DNA from: Octopus sinensis
Lineage: Eukaryota
Length of the DNA: 64,000 bases
Direction: 5' to 3'
Assembly (NCBI RefSeq): GCF_006345805.1
Contig: NC_043011.1
Coordinates: 51,348,464-51,412,463, forward strand
The notes beneath the pieces are model-generated. The model worked only from the letters and a program-made list of their open reading frames with translations, had not been told where the DNA came from and made no database searches. The translations under genes were made by a program, and so were the position numbers. Position 1 is the first letter of the stretch, and each line of letters starts with the position of its first letter. Below are positions 62,687 through 64,000 of this stretch, piece by piece.

Positions 62687-64000
62687 GCAGATGGATAGAT
62701 AAACAAATAACCATATAGAGATACAAAGATAAAAAGAAAAGAAATTCTAGACAAGTAGATGATAAATGGATAACCAGATTGAGATAAACAGTGTGACAGA
62801 CAGTCAATTCAAAGAATAAAGTGGAAGGGAAAAGAAAACAAAACAAAACAAATCAAGATATCTCCTCCTACTTGGCACCATATTCCCCCTTTTCCCCATC
62901 TTCTCAGCAGCAGCAGCAGCACCACCACCACCACCACCACCACCACAGTAACAACAACAACAACATTTGTTACACTACCACCCCCACAATACCAAATATA
63001 ACCATTGTGCCACAACTAAGTCAGCCTCTCCATCAATTGATATCAATTTTTGGAAACGGAAAGCATTTCCAAAGAATTTTTGTTATGGTTTGTTTTTTAC
63101 ATTTCTGTACTTGTTTTTATTTTATTTTTATGTATTTATTTATTTATTTATTTATTTGTAGTTTATTTCCAGAATATTCTGAGATAATGGTAAGTAATAC
63201 AATGTTCCGCTTGTCACGGAGAAGGTGTGATTGTTATGGAGGTATTGGATGAAGTTTATTTTTCCCAGATTTTAGTGTTTGTTTGTTTCGACATAAAATC
63301 ACTTCCAATGTTCTTGTAATTGTTGTTGCGATTGTATAATAGTGGTGGCAAAAGAGAAGAAATCTGACTTGGCTTCTCTCTCTTTCTCTCTGCATGTACA
63401 CACACACACAACACACACACACACACACACACACCACACACACAAGCAGATGGATAGATAAACAAATAACCATATAGAGATACAAAGATAAAAAGAAAAG
63501 AAATTCTAGACAAGTAGATGATAAATGGATAACCAGATTGAGATAAACAGTGTGACAGACAGTCAATTCAAAGAATAAAGTGGAAGGGAAAAGAAAACAA
63601 AACAAAACAAATCAAGATATCTCCTCCTACTTGGCACCATATTCCCCCTTTTCCCCATCTTCTCAGCAGCAGCAGCAGCACACCACCACCACCACCACCA
63701 CCACCACCACAGTAACAACAACAACAACATTTGTTACACTACCACCCCCACAATACCAAATATAACCATTGTGCCACAACTAAGTCAGCCTCTCCATCAA
63801 TTGATATCAATTTTTGGAAACGGAAAGCATTTCCAAAGAATTTTTGTTATGGTTTGTTTTTTACATTTCTGTACTTGTTTTTATTTTATTTTTATGTATT
63901 TATTTATTTATTTATTTATTTGTAGTTTATTTCCAGAATATTCTGAGATAATGGTAAGTAATTACAATGTTCCGCTTGTCACGGAGAAGGTGTGATTGTT
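62655..64000. repeat. Near-identical duplication, 759-bp offset, starting in (CA)n
   Basis: gtggaagggaaaagaaaacaa at 62821 and 63580; differences are single-base indels. Confidence 0.92.

Noticed and set aside
63150-63196. Plus-strand 17-nt microexon candidate (ttccAG|..ATG|GTAAGT)
   Set aside because: Opposite strand to the gene, no partner exons, and such motifs arise by chance in AT-rich DNA.

Overview
AT-rich, microsatellite- and SINE-dense animal DNA. The SINE families and repeat style match what I recall of Octopus; the species is inferred, not searched. One protein-coding gene crosses the window on the minus strand. Five exons (60957-60756, 37971-37819, 5506-5309, 3454-3318, 712-<1) have canonical AG/GT sites and compatible phases. 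They encode the N-terminal Q/S/T/G-rich region of a class VI POU transcription factor (POU6F2/pdm3-like; diagnostic PQLLTNAQGQI motif), and the POU domains should lie beyond the left edge. The introns (2.6, 1.9, 32.3 and 22.8 kb) hold three tRNA-derived SINE families, hAT and piggyBac MITEs, a DD37D Tc1/mariner relic, RTE LINE pieces, a Penelope-like (PLE) GIY-YIG fragment, a solo LTR, long microsatellites and two ~1 kb tandem duplications that may be assembly artefacts. The main unexplained signal is a cluster of about eight type I hammerhead-ribozyme (HHR) motifs from several unrelated families: (a) a core-intact HHR on the sense strand of the POU6 pre-mRNA (54903-54993); (b) a 169-bp tandem, retrozyme-like HHR repeat in which one copy was converted to a fold-back (27.8-28.1 kb); (c) an HHR that ends exactly at its GUC cleavage site and is flanked by a 9-bp direct repeat (12097-12205); (d) a two-copy family with a CUGU core variant; (e) a PLE end with a tRNA-like Pol III promoter upstream of the HHR. 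All folds were done by eye and no activity is shown. Almost all ORFs in the supplied track are microsatellite or SINE shadows.
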